Below, piece after piece: positions 14,501-28,461 of a DNA stretch of 64,000 nucleotides (the stretch's first letter is position 1; the number at the start of each line of letters is the position of its first letter). The position numbers were made by a program, and so were the translations under genes. The stretch is from Bugula neritina. Lineage: Eukaryota; Animalia; Bryozoa. The stretch spans positions 32,850,773 to 32,914,772 of the forward strand of contig OZ037766.1 in the NCBI GenBank assembly GCA_964035545.1. Reading direction: 5' to 3'. The notes under the pieces were generated by a model. It had not been told where the DNA came from. It saw only the letters and a program-made list of their open reading frames with translations, and did no database searches.

Positions 14501-16287
14501 CTGTGATGCGTGTGAACACGAGAACTGTACACATCCTGCGCTGAACCTTCACACTCGACCACTGATAGGCAGTTTTGGAATTCTCGTTCAGCCTTATGAT
14601 AAATCCCAGCTGGTCGAATGTAAAAGTAGGTTGTTCATAATGAATAAGCATCTTTACTATTAATTCTCACTAGAACTCTGTAATATTAATAACTAAACTA
14701 ACCATCTAATCTAAAAGGTCATCAGTCTAAATAATTGGTATTGTAATTGCTGTAATGCTCATGGCGACTAAGGACAGGGAAATTTGTTTAGTCTCGTGTT
14801 TAGTTCAAATTGTTGGCAACCAGAAACAACATATTTTACTTCAATTGATAACTTGTTTAAGTTGTGTGTGTACATCTGTTTCAGCAACCAACCAGCAGGA
14901 TTGTGGTGGAATACTGGATGATTTGGCCACCTGTGGGCATGGAGAGTTCCTTCAATACCAGACATCCACTTGTGAAACCATCTGTCCCAGGAGTTACGTA
15001 TTACAGGAAGGGTTTTGTGAGTTTATTGGACTGGATGCTGTGTGCACGAATTATGTGGAAGCAGACGTATACAGTGAGGTCATATTTGCTGACAATTCGA
15101 CCAATCAGCTTCACAGTAAAACATTTATGGCTCTTCGAGACGGCCCAACTGTTTGCTACAACTGTACAAACCTTTTAGCTATAACTGCCACTACAATGGA
15201 TTTTGAAATTACTGGAAATGATGAAATTAGGTATAAAAACAATTTAGTGTCCGCCAACCTTGTGTACAAAGTAGATAGTGTCAACTATTTTGTCTGTATT
15301 GATCAAGTGACCGAAACAGTAACCACCGAGGTTGTGTACCCCGTTGAAGTTTTCATCACCAATTTGTTCCTCTCCATATCTATCGTGAGCCTTCTCCTTT
15401 ACTTTGTGGCTTATCTGATGTTTGATCGCTTGAGAAACGTGCCGGGCAAGATTGTAGCTGGAAATATGATGAGTCTTTTCTTTGCTTACCTCTTTTTCCT
15501 ACTTAGACATGTTCCTGGTCTGGAAGAAACTGCTGGATGTATCGTCATAGGAATACTAATCAACTATTTCTTTCTAGCTTCTTTCGTCTTCAACATCATC
15601 TACGCCTGTTTCATAGTTCATTCACTGGACTTTATCGACTTTGAATCAAACGTGAACAAATGGACAGCAGTAAAGATGTGGGCGGTTGGATTACTCACGC
15701 CATTAGTAGTTATCATCCCTGGAGTTGTAATGGACAATGTCGTTAACGTAGAGTCCAACGCTGCCCTATACCAACCCAACTACGGTGGAAAGCAGTGTTT
15801 CATTGAAGGAGCCTATGGTAGACTGTTATTCTTTATTGCCCCGATTGGAGTCTGCCTCTTTTTAGCTGTCTGTCTCTACCTGGCAATTATACTTAAACTA
15901 ATTCAAGTCGCAAAGCAAACTAGTCAAGTCCGTTCGAATCATTCAGAAAAAATAACTATAGCTATTAAACTGTTGATAGTTCTGGGGTTCAACTGGGTGT
16001 TTGCTTTAGTCGCATCCATTGAGCAACAGCGAATCGCTACTTTCATCTTTATAGTGACTTGTACTTTGCAAGGATTCTTTGGTTTTGTCGTGTTTATATG
16101 TAACAAGGCCACCCTCAATGACATTAAAAGAAAATATACGAAAAAGGGCAGTCTTCAGTTCTCCTGTGACTCATCTGCAAGGATAAGTACGAAGGAAACC
16201 GCAACTGCTCAGCTAAAGAATAATACGTTGAGTAAGATGGAGAGCTCAAAGGCGCTTTTAAAGACAGGTGAAGAGGTCTCGGTATGA
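11526..16287 (+). CDS. Methuselah-like / secretin-family (7tm_2) GPCR with signal peptide, somatomedin-B-like and Cys-rich ectodomain; multi-exon
   Basis: Exons ~11526-11612 (MELNLRRLLFLLCLEIYISGSAHA, signal-like), 11912-12127 (SCSCLDSCVYVGLCCQD, SMB-like), 12446-12569, 13206-13431 (YKNIYCGLCN), 13696-13769, 14046-14215 (YRNKHCFQCN), 14487-14625 and 14885-16287. The last exon has 7 hydrophobic helices with LRNVPGK, NYFFLASF and CTLQGFFGF motifs. Phases are consistent across GT-AG introns. Confidence 0.85.
12782..13137. repeat. 12-bp intronic minisatellite (GTACACACAGTA)n, ~30 copies
   Basis: Direct tandem array; explains the spurious VVHT/CTTV ORFs. Confidence 0.95.
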
Positions 16288-18332
16288 CACGTTACTGTTG
16301 CTGCGGATCTGTCCAATCAGGGATCAGATACTGCGATTACTGTGTGACCCTACTGGTTGAAGTTTTGCTCAATTAAACTGGTTGTGATTGTATTTATTCT
16401 CCACTAGCCATTACTCGATTCATGGATCCCAGTTACTCTTAGACAGTCATTATGGATATTATATGGGGAACTGTGTTGCAGTAGCAGTATTTATGCCAAA
16501 TTAAAGTTATTCCATCCATTTCTACTTATTGTATATATTGTTATTAAGTATTATTGTTATTTGCCTTATCGGTTTCTTGTAATATACAGTTACTTAGCAG
16601 TATTTCTATTTATATACTTTAGTCATAGCTATGATATGACTCTGATTGTACAAATATTTTTGATTCACTTTGATACAAATATAACACACTCTATTTTTGA
16701 TTGACATCAGCTTTAGTATGTGATGAAACACTTGACTCTGCTAATATACTGTCTCATTAACTTTAATATATAGGTCGTTAAGTTGACTTAATTATACACT
16801 ATGTCCCTCCCATAATGCACTATAATTATTGGTAATAGCACCTACCAACCATAGATCTTTGGCAGTTTCATGTAGTACATATTGTATTTACTCTAGAATC
16901 TCTAAGATATGCAAATCACCAATATACAACCTGCTGAACAGGAAATCTAAATCATTCAATGATATCATCACAGAATCAGATATCACACTTAGAGTATCAA
17001 TTGAGTCGTGTGCCCATGACTCATCCAACAGATATAGTGTGTGATTCTATTGTGGTATACGTGTGGGTACAACTCTACAACATGGTGTAAAACTTTGATG
17101 TACCTACTAGTGATCATATGACAAAAAATATCACTACATCTGCACTTATCATCCAATGAAAAATAAGGTTTTAATTATGCTAACAAGGACGGTAAAATTT
17201 GCTGGTCAAGTTTGCAAGGAAATGACATCATACTCCGCATCTGTGTTTACTACTCCGTCACTTGGCAGTTTGTTTTTACCAGCTAAAGAAAATGTTATAT
17301 ACTGAAAAATATCTTCTTTCAAATAACATTGTTGAAAATAACCAAGTATGGGAGCATGTACAAACATCTAGCAATTAGCTTGGACAATAACAAGGGAGAA
17401 CTGACAACTCCCAAATAAAGTGCAAAAATAATGTTAGTAGAAAGGACAATCCCAAAAGATTTTACATCAGCCTGTCCCTACAAATCAAAGCTAGAGAAAT
17501 GCTATATTGTATTATATAGATGCTCTACTTGATGCAATAATTTAAATACAAATACTGCTTTATTTATTAATTGCATAACTGGTCATTATGAGTTTTATAG
17601 ACTATGAATCTACATTAATTATATCCTTCACATATACATATTCGTTATATATTTTAATTTCTATAAATTTGAGCATTTTTATTTCATTTTAATATAATAC
17701 ATATACATATATAAATACTATTATAATGGTAAATGACAGAACATGAAATAGAGAGACTAGGTTCATCTCTGATGCTCATTCAGTTACAGATGTTGAGTTA
17801 TACATTCTATGGAGTGAGATTAAACACATTGCCTATATTGTCATCACATATCAGCCTAATTTGCTCCCCTTTTCCTCAGAGATGGTAGACTTTTAGTAAG
17901 TTGTCATATGATTGGAATACTCAGCTATAGAAAGGGAGGAAAATTCCCGTGACATAAGTTTTGAGAGTACACTGATTGTCTGGTCACGGCACTCAGTTTC
18001 CAGGGTCACAAACTTGTCTCTGGTAAGTGCTGCGCTATATCTGAAGTCAGCTGCTGTCTAGTTGCATCAGCAAGGTTGTTGACACCTTCTGCATGCCTTT
18101 AGTGAGTGGAAAGTATGCAACCAGATATCATTCTGCTGGAACATTCTAATGGCTGTCTTCGTTTACAGTCAAGTGTATTTATTTTCTAATATTTATTCAT
18201 TTTAGATAGATTGATAGATTGATGATAAGAATTGTAGCTGGTATGTGGCCATGTCTTGTCTATGTATACAAGCGTACACACTCGGTGACAAAATGGTCAA
18301 ATCAAAGTACTGCAATAACAAAGATTCTTGAG

Positions 18333-20143
18333 TCAAAGTGAAGATTTACGCGAGACAATTCTAGTCAACCGCAGCCAACAAATCTTTTTAACTTGCGAAA
18401 TTCCAGTGTGTATTTCTTGATCTTGTTCATTATTCAATCTCTGGGCCAATCCTTTCAATATCGCATCTTTTTTATTTTCTCGAGCGCATATCACAAATGG
18501 GAAACCAAACTTATCTTTGTATCTAAAACCAAAGTAGTGGTTTATTTAATAGGAGTTAATTAGACAATGTCATGAGACGATAACTTCATACAGTCATTAC
18601 ACTTTACAGAGTAAACTGTTAGTAACAAGATGAGTGAATGTGTTTGCATCAGAAGATGCTTTAAATTTGATATCTAACTTATTTGTGATTCTCAAAATCA
18701 CATGTTAATAATTTGAACTCAAAGTATATAACAGATGAATGTAACGAAAGTATAAGCAAGATACCTGGATACACTTCATGCATTTCCAAGCCTGCATTAT
18801 TCAGGAATGATTGGCTTTTTATTCCATGTTGGCAAAAATTTGCATTGAATGAAACTGCAACCGTAAATTTATCAATTCGAATAATGCGGAAGCACTGAAT
18901 AGTATACTAGAGACACTTGACTATAGAAAACTAAACAGGATATTAAGAAACCTTTTGTTGAGAGAGTCTATTTGAAACTTTTCACTAGGGGTCAGGTCCT
19001 CAAGACCAGCTGCCTTCTGCTCCAACTTTGACTCATCACTCATCTGACCTGCTGCCGCAAGCCGTCCAGCAAGATCTGGGAGACATCTCAGCATTCCAAC
19101 TTTCCCTGACATGGCAAATCAGTTGGTTATAGAATACTAGCAACTATAAACTATCACATAGAATACTAGTAACTATAAACTATCACAAAGAATACTAGTA
19201 ACTATAAACTATCACATAGAATACTAGTAACTATAAACTATCACATAGAATACTAGTAACTATAAACTATCACATAGAATACTAGTAACTATAAACTATC
19301 ACATAGAATACTAGTAACTATAAACTATCACATAGAATACTAGTAACTATAAACTATCACATAGAATACTAGTAACAGTAACTATAAACTTTCAAATAGA
19401 ATACTAGCGACTATAAACTATCACATAGAATACTAGTAACTATAAACTATCACATAGAATACTAGTAACTATAAACTATCACATAGAATACTAGTAACTA
19501 TAAACTATCACATAGAATACTAGTAACTATAAACTATCACATAGAATACTAGTAACTATAAACTATCACATAGAATACTAGTAACTATATAAACTATCAC
19601 ATAGAATACTAGTAACTATATAAACTATCACATAGAATACTAGTAACTATAAACTATCACATAGAATACTAGTAACTATAAACTATCACATAGAATACTA
19701 GTAACTATAAACTATCACATAGAATACTAGTAACTATAAACTATCACATAGGATACTAGTAACTATAAACTATCACATAGAATACTAGTAACTATAAACT
19801 ATCACATAGAATACTAGTAACTTTAAACAATCACATAGAATACTAGTAATCATAAAGTAGCAATATGAGTATACTAGATTATACATAATATAGTTTATAT
19901 AGTAGTCTAGATATATAATATAATATAATATAAATAATAATATAATACAATGCACAGAAAAACCTTACCTGCTGAAGGAAGCTGATCAACAAATTTTTCT
20001 ATAGATGTTTGTAAACTCTCTAGATTTCTAACTGGAAGATCTGACCATACAGCAGCAGCAGCAAGTGGACAACTCTCAATTACATTCCCAAATAGTTTAA
20101 TGAATTCTTTCAAACTCAGCTTATTTACTTCAGTAATAAGCAT
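18333..20143 (-). CDS. URAD: 2-oxo-4-hydroxy-4-carboxy-5-ureidoimidazoline (OHCU) decarboxylase; 3 coding exons
   Basis: Exons 20143-19969 (EFIKLFGNVIESCP), 19105-18952 (LRCLPDLAGRLAAAGQMSDESKLEQKAAGL) and 18522-18333 (YKDKFGFPFVICARENKKDAIL...VKKICWLRL). These are family hallmarks, and the intron phases match. Confidence 0.93.
19128..19860. repeat. 29-bp intronic minisatellite, ~25 copies
   Basis: Unit AGAATACTAGTAACTATAAACTATCACAT fills URAD intron 1. Confidence 0.95.
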
Positions 20144-21658
20144 ATTTTTACTCTATTTATTTCAAGTAAATACAACCCCCTATGCAGCTAAAATAATTGA
20201 AGTTAGGTTGTTTAGCAGCAATGTAGCATGTAGTAAAATAAACTGCATAAAGATATATTATTGGCTACAATCTAAACACAACTTTAAAGCTGTGTATTTA
20301 GCAAACTGATTTAACAGTGCACTTTGTTCCTGTGTACAATTCAGCTCAGGAAGATTAATTGCACCGGTTTGGTCATGTGGAAACACAAGCCATGCAGTTC
20401 CTCAAGTACAGCCAATGGACCGTGCAAATATCGGCCAATCACAGAAGGGTGTGTACCAACTCTAAAGTGTCATCATTGTAACTTATATAAAATTCTGCAA
20501 GATCAGCTGCTAACTGTGTGGTTCTAAATATGCTTGTGCATATTTTGCCATGTGCATTATTCCATTTTTTATCTTAAGCTTAGAGCAATGAATTTTTTTT
20601 TCAACTCTGGATGTGTGAAAACTGCGGAATAAAAGTATATGTCTGAAAACATACCCTGGACAAGCTCTACCACTGCTCCAGCCATTGCTGAGATAAGGAA
20701 CAATGCATCCAGCTTTGTTACTATAATATAATACAAACAGGTTTGTTTGCTGCTCAACTGACCTATCAAGCTGTGTAATAAGTGTTACATAATCATCCAA
20801 CTACTAAATAATTTAGTCATTCAACTTATAATGTAAGACTAGTAGACTTAGTACACAGTACACTATTCTAATTAGTTGAGCACTTGTTGAGCATTTGTAC
20901 ACGTGATTGTTGTAGTAAGGGCTAGTGAACTATTATTAGGACAGAGTAGTGCAAAATCTAAGTGAACAGATTTAGTGGTAGATTTTATTTCTAACTATAG
21001 AAATTATATAAGCAATATGTAAGAAGGTACATTTGGGATACTCAAGTTAACACAGAACTAAAAGGTGTTATATGTGCTTTTACTTATTCTTTAACATTTC
21101 TGAAAAATAAATTGCAATAAAAAAACAACATGTAGAAAAATTTAAAATGAAAAATATATTTTCCAATTTTTGCCAACAGTTTGGAGAAGAGAAAAACTAA
21201 GTTTAATAACATGGAAGGTGGGAATTTCTTGGTCAAGCTTGCAAGGAAATGACCTCATAGTCCGCACTTTCCAGCTGACTACTCAGACCTCCAGCTCCTG
21301 GCTGTTCTTCACCTGATGTCCTCCTCAGTTGATCTCTGCCTGCTAGGAGAGTAGTTTAACTACGTGCAGATTGGAAACACTCAAGTCATTTGGCTGGTAA
21401 AATATTTGATTTGGTAGAAAAATGAAACTTATGAATCTAACAAAAGTATGGAGAAAAAAAGGAAACGAACAATTACAAAATAATATTCTATTTTTAGTAA
21501 AAAGAAAGGACTGAAAACTCCGAAGTAAAGAGCAAGCAACCTTGAATTGCGAGTACTATCGTATAAAGAAAGACAACTCCAACGTAAATGCAGTTGACTA
21601 GTTAGCGAAAAGTATATATCAAAACTGAGGAAATAGTAAGTTTGCCATTACCAGCTGT

Positions 21659-23733
21659 TCACAGGCTGTTTCGAGCAGCTATAACACTGGCAACCCTTTC
21701 CTCGTCAATTTCATTGTACCACTTTCCTTCCTTCTTGAAGAAAGAGCCAATGATAAGCGCGTCTGCACTGGAGTATAGAGACAGGTTCTTAGCTGTCACA
21801 CCAGATCCAATCAGAACTGGCAGCGAAATTGAGTCTTTTACACCTAAAGACAGCACTGTATATCATGGAACACAGTATTGTATAACATAAAACACAGTAC
21901 TGTATAACAGTATAACATTCCCAACTTAATTACTTGATATGTATGAGACATACGAGACGTTCAAGGTTTACCAAATCTACATAAACATAATACGAATGTG
22001 CACCAAAATAAACTCAGTAATAAGGTCTGTTTTATCAGACTAAATAAAAGCTCTTTGCTACTAGCATACTTCACCAGAGTGCAATAGACTATGTTGGTTA
22101 GAAAGTTTCAAATAATGATGCAATAAAGAGGATACTTTCATAGCTGAATTCTTACATTTCAACTGCTCAACGTCTGCGGATATCCCGGTGGACGTCCCGG
22201 TAAGGATGACACCATCCGATAGAAAGAACTCCGCATCTCTAGCTACTTGTTCAACGGATAAATCTGAGGTTATGGCGTGAGAACTACAACCAAATATAGA
22301 ACTTAGTCTATACTCACCTGTATACTACTCACCTGTGTACTACTCACTGTATACTACTCACCTGTACACTACTCACCTGTACACTACTCACCTGTACACT
22401 ACTCACCTGTATACTACTCACCTGTATACTACTCACCTGTACACTACTCTATACTACTCACCTGTACCTGTACCAACTCACCTGTGTTTCTTCTTGATAT
22501 CGGTGAGAACTGAGATGTGATTGGCTTGTATAAGTGACCTATATCTGAGCAGCTCTCCCGCACAACTGTTCATCAGACCTTCGTCAGCAATGTGGGAGTA
22601 GATAAAACCTTCAGTTCGGATGAAATCAAAATCTGTAATCATTGTAACAAATCCCAATGAATTATATAGAGTTATCTACATAACAACGTGTGACTTTATA
22701 ATGCATTCAGCATAATATTATAACTTTATTAAAATAACACTATATTAATATTTTATATCTGAGACTAATGTCATTTCATAGACAGGAAGGAGGTGTTAGA
22801 ATGTGAATCAGCTGATATTACTTGACATACAGAGAATAGATACACATTGTTATGTAATATAAGTTATACAATGACCTGTTGCTAAGGCTACGGCTAGAGC
22901 TTCTCTGTTACAACCAGATAAAATCTGCACACCCATAGGGGTGGCGGGGAGACGCCCCCGCAACTCATTGCATATCACAGTCATAGCACAGATAGTCTCA
23001 GGCCCCATTCCCTTGTCCAAGACGTAAGGGCGGTCATGCATATTCTCCACAATAATACCATCCTATAGATAGACTAGCAAGCTGTAGATAGCTTAGCAAG
23101 CTGTGGGAAGAGCAGCAAGCTGGAATATATATCTCTATAACACAATATAGAGCTCACGTATGAAGACAATTTTCTTAACGATGGCAGACAATGACATATC
23201 GCAGTAAATTATATCAATTCAGAAAATGCATTGGAATTTACATCATTCTCTAGCAAATAAGATATTCATTTGCCTATTATTAAAATCATAGGCAAACTAT
23301 ATATAGTTTTTAAACTTGCTCTTTTCTGTAGTATAAAATTATAATACAGCAAATCAGATATTAAACTATTCGTTGCCTTCTAAACGCAACTTACAACATG
23401 ATGCTTCTGGTAAATCTCAGCTTCTGTCACAGCAGCAGACACAATTTCTGCCATCTTAGTTTTGTGTAGTGGTGAACCTTAAAAAAACAAATCACTAGCA
23501 AACATATCAAGCAGTAAGTAAACAAAGACACTCTGACCACTACACTGGATGAAACAACTTGCAGAGAAATTCTACAAGTAGAAATAACAGAAAAATGAAA
23601 TTAAGAAAAGTTGACTGAGTGTTGACTTGTGAGAATGATATCTGCTGAGCGTACCTGGTAGAGCTTTCACATGAATCATGCCTAAGATGAGTGGTTTGAC
23701 TTTAGTCTGCAATAATTTGACCAATCTGTTCAT
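21659..23733 (-). CDS. BtpA/SgcQ family TIM-barrel protein (F13E9.13-like); 6 coding exons
   Basis: Exons ~23733-23655 (ILGMIHVKALPG), 23478-23395, 23063-22876 (DGIIVENMHDRPY...GVQILSG), 22632-22482 (FIRTEGFIYSHIADEG...DIKKKH), 22283-22156 (SSHAIT...DGVILTG) and 21843-21659 (PVLIGSGVT...IIGSFFK). Confidence 0.92.
22308..22485. repeat. 15-bp intronic minisatellite carrying CAGGTGAGT on the gene strand
   Basis: (TACTCACCTGTA(T/C)AC)n on the + strand. Confidence 0.9.
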
Positions 23734-23928
23734 TATCAGTATCAATGATTACTGATTGTGCGAGACTAGTAGTAGTTCAAGTTGGAGGAATTACTTTCAG
23801 TTGAGCCTGAGGAATTCTTCCCAACAGCAACAGTCACCCCATTAAAATAAACTGCTATGTTGCATGTTTCAAGTTGACTCATATGCTTGCAAGTGTTCCC
23901 AGTCAGTCCAAATTTCAATGTGAATTAA

Positions 23929-24066
23929 GTCACGTTAACACTTAAAAAGGATTAAAATTAGGTTGACGCTTAAAAAATAAAGTACAATTATTTTAAAAGC
24001 TCCAAACGTGACTCGTAAAAGTCACGTGCAAGTAACGTGATCATATAGTGTAGCCTGCTGCGTCAA
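23929..24066. promoter_or_regulatory. Putative bidirectional promoter with clustered E-box/CLEAR-like sites
   Basis: GTCACGT (23929), ACGTGAC (24006), GTCACGTG (24021) and AACGTGATC (24034) lie in the 515 bp between divergent ATGs at 23733 (-) and 24249 (+). Confidence 0.5.
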
Positions 24067-24248
24067 TAATTCGTAACAACAACAAACTTTTGAGGCTTTC
24101 TACCGAATAGAGAACGTAACCTTTGAGATTGAATATCCGCCTCCGGAGTTGAACTGTTCACTTGCTGTGTTTACGTTCAGGTAGTCGCACTCACTTGGAA
24201 CCTTCGAAAGATTTTGTATTTATATTGTTCTGTTTGAGTTCTCTCGCA

Positions 24249-27200
24249 ATGGGTCCACAAAGTAAAGATCGTGGTAAAACCTCTCCAGCTGTGATGTGCA
24301 TCAAGATACTTCTTCATATATTCAATTTTCTATACACGGTAAGCAGTAAGACTAAGAGTAAGTCAGTAACTGTAACTAAGTGTAACACTAGCAGTAAGAC
24401 TAAGAGTAAGAGTAAGACTAAGTGTAACACTATGATTACGAGTATGACTAACAGTAACTGTTAGTGTCACTGTTATACTTAGACTACGTTTAAGACTCAC
24501 ACTGTGAGCAATTGACTAGTTCTAGGGGTGAGCTGCGTAACTTTTAGTTTTATACTTGATGTTGAATCAAGGCAGTGTTACTGTTAGTAAAACTAAAAGT
24601 GCTAGTAACCTGTAACTGTGTAAGTGTAGCTGTAAACATAATATTACTCATACTCATAGTATTAGTAGTACTAGATGAGTGGACCTAGTAGTAATAGTAA
24701 TACTACTAGTACTAGGTCTAGTAGTAATATTACTGCTACTAGTACTAGTAGTAGTAGTTGGCAGCGGAGCAGTGTCTGTGTGGTTGAAACTTGAACTAAA
24801 CAACGGGAACTGATTTCAAATTGAATAATTATATTTATCGTATCTATAAATCTGAAGCTGTTAAAGTCATATCTCTTTGCTTTATCAAACTATTTCAGTT
24901 AAAGTTTGCTTTAGTATAATAACTTGGAATTGGTTTGAGTTTGCCAGTGTTATTTGGTTATATGATTTTCCTAAATTTCAGTTTGGTTAACATTCAATCA
25001 TGATCATAATAACTTTCGATATCTTAATATTCCGGCAACACTGCTTTAACTCAGTATTACTGATTAGGTTTAACTGTATTTTAGCACCCTAGCAGTAACA
25101 TTAACAGTAACTTTGATTATACTTTTATTAATGGTGCCATTGCTTTAAGTGAAACATTCTAAGTTGGGTGCAGCTACAGTTAATTCCTAGTTACAGGTTA
25201 TATGTAACTAGAGATATAAAGTTGTTTTTGTACTTATTTAATGTTTACCTCATACTTATTTATGATTTACATATTTATACTCTTGAAATTGTATAATCTT
25301 TTGTTCAGATTAGAATCTAAACAGAAACTTTAGCTATAGCCTTTTTATCTATACAGGCAAAGAGTGTTACAGTAATCAGTCTAAATTTTAGTAATTTTGA
25401 TAACCTTCCATCATGCCTCTCAAGTTGAAAGTAATTGCTGGAAAATTAAATCAATATTAATAATCAATAAATACAAAGTGTTCATACAATCATAATTTGA
25501 CTAAATAATGAACGTCATCATTCATCAAGTTATGCTGAATGAAGGTGTTGTATTAAGAATTGCTACCATACAGCATCTTCAAAACTTCTCAGTACTTACT
25601 TGGCCTTTGACTATAAAACCACATCCAGTGTATGTATGTATCCTGGCATTGTTGCCCAGTTTTCCACCCTACACCTGTAAGATATGTAATTTATTAGTAA
25701 TGTAGTGATTATTCCAAAACACTTCCTCAAATAAATATTTCATGACATACCAAATCACTAATCATGCCAGTGGGTGATGAGGCATCTAGTTTTCTTGGGT
25801 CTCCTGTGATATTTCCTTAAGTTACAAAGCATTAGGTACTTGTAACATGTGTTGTAATATATTACAGTGGTACACTGACTGTATAGTGGCACAGTGACTG
25901 TATAGTGGTACAGTGACTGTATACTGGTACAGTGACTGTATACTGGTACAGTGACTGTATACTGGTACACTGACTGTATAGTGGCACACTGACTGTATAG
26001 TGGTACACTGACTGTATAGTGGCATCGCATTACCTTCCTTGTATGCCACTCCCTAAGCTCACCACCCCATATCATTGCTGTGATTAATGGCTCTCGGTAT
26101 TTCAACTCAATTAGGACAATTATTTCCCTGACGTGCAGCTGCATGCTGTGTGGTGTATTGATGTCTCAGGGGACCCCATTATTCCTGTCAACTGTTGAGA
26201 TTTGAGTATATTGCTTCGCTTAAACCAACTCTTCTAACAAATATATGTATAACTAGCATATATAACTAGCATATATAACTAGCATGTATAACTAGCATGT
26301 ATAACTAGCATGTATAACTAGTATATATACTAGTTATATATAACTAGTATATATACTATACTAGTATATGTATAACTAGTATATATAACTAGTATATATA
26401 ACATGTTGTGTACACTAGTTATAAAATATACCTGGTTATATGTACATATAACCAGGTATATTCTACCTACTTACTGGTAGAGTTAGCTAATCACATTATC
26501 ATGAAGGTTGCTCATTGTGTACTAATTGTTATCTAATGGTTGGGATCAAAGTACTTCATTGTTGAAAATGTTACCATAAACAACTACACTGATAAGACCA
26601 CTACAGTGAAGTAGTTGTGAAGTAGTTGTGAAGGTAGCAGTGAGGTAGTGCCACAGGTAACTTGTATGTTGTAGACTGCACTGCTACTTCTCAACACATG
26701 GTGCCTACTGTGTTTGGTTTCATACTTAACACCAAAGTCTCTAACTCCTTGAAATAAATTTGGTTATCCTGAATTCTTTGCTAGAAGTAAGAGCATATTC
26801 ACCAGTTGAGAAGGTTGCATCAGTTTAGAGGGAAGGCAGTAATTAGACAGCATAGCTGTTCCAGAAAGTTTCAGCTGCCAATTTATAGATCTAATTGTTT
26901 CCTTCCACTGTTAGCAGCAGAGAGGTGATTGGTTGATAGACAGGCAGCAGTTGTGTTTTCACTGACTGATGCCTAGAAACAAGCTGGCAGCTTATATCGA
27001 GCTAATAGTCTACTATCGCCAGCTTTCCATGTACCGATCTCGGATCGATCTTAGCGAGATCGATCTCCGTCGATCTGAGCTGGTCGGTCTGTGGAGCTCG
27101 AACTCAGATCGATCTCCTGTCAATAAGACCATGGAAATACGCCAGATCGATCTGAGAAGTAGAAAAAGACTGCGCGCTACAATGTTGTCTGCTAATAAAA

Positions 27201-28402
27201 ATGATAACTTATTGATAATTACTAAGCAAAGTAATAAATAATTATGATAGCCACTTTTTCAGATGCCAAAACTTTGACTTTCAGTACAATGATTAGGAAA
27301 ACTCAATTATATGCAGTAGAAGGTAAAATAATGGGAGAATTTAAATTGATTTTAAATGACTAATAAAACTTAGTTTCATTAGCTATTTTCTTTGTAATTT
27401 TAAGCCTAACAGTCTTGTAAGTTTATTAATAATCTGCTAGACAGCCATTAATTTTATATAAGCTGTCAAGCTAAAAAATTAAAATTAATTATTTTAAATT
27501 GGCCAAATTACTATACACTGAAAGCTTTGCTGCGTATAGTTTATAGCTGGGATTAAACTTTAGACTATGACTATCTTGTTTTCAACAGCAGTAGCTTTAA
27601 TCACTCAAATAGGTAAACAAATTATACTTTTAAAGTATCCTTCACTTAAGAGGAGGCAACTTCGAGAGATCGATCTGACACTCTCATGGAAAAACGATCG
27701 ATCTGAGCACATGTCTCAGATCGATCTCAGCAAGATCGATCTGAGATCGGTACATGGAAAGCCCGTGTATCTGTAACATTAGTTCCGCCTCTCTCCCTTC
27801 TAACCCCTAGAAATGCTGAACCTAGTGAGTGAGAGGGGAGGGGTAGCTGTAAAGTGTAACCAGGTATTGTAGTAGTTGTCTTCATGTAAAGATCTGTCTC
27901 CCATTTAGAATGCCGTGAGAGTTGAAATTAGTAGGCTACTGTTATATTATAGCTAAGCTGCTGGTTTATGGCTTTTGTTTTGTGAAGTTTATGCTAATTA
28001 ATGTTTTCACCCTACAAGATTAACACTTGTCCAGGTGAACACATTTGTAAAAATAGTAGTTGCTGGTGATTGACCTTTTGACCTCACAGACTGACCTTGT
28101 AAGAGTTCACTCACCTCTCAACTCCTCTCATGATTAATCTGAGGCTAGGAAATTAATCAACTTAAAGCTCAGCTGACTGGAAACATATTTTAGTAGAGTT
28201 GATAACTGCATCAGCTATTAGCTGATGAATGTCACAGAATATCCACATTTTCCTAACTAACTATAGTGTTGAACTAATATATAGTATAATCTACGCTCTA
28301 ATGCTGTCCTTGACCTGATAATGACCTTGAAATAAAATTCGGCAACCTTGTTGCTCACTAGAACTTGTGGTACTTCCTAACAGAAGGCAAGTGAAACCCT
28401 TG

Positions 28403-28461
<59 letters not shown>

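Noticed and set aside
14755-14884. N-terminus of the 510-aa ORF as the real GPCR start
   Set aside because: Intronic read-through; the acceptor at 14884 links to upstream exons with a signal peptide.
20510-20800. 96-aa minus-strand ORF between the BtpA-like gene and URAD
   Set aside because: Non-ATG start, no recognisable motif or splice support.
26969-27776. ORFs with IDL repeats
   Set aside because: Translations of MITE subterminal GATCGATCT repeats.
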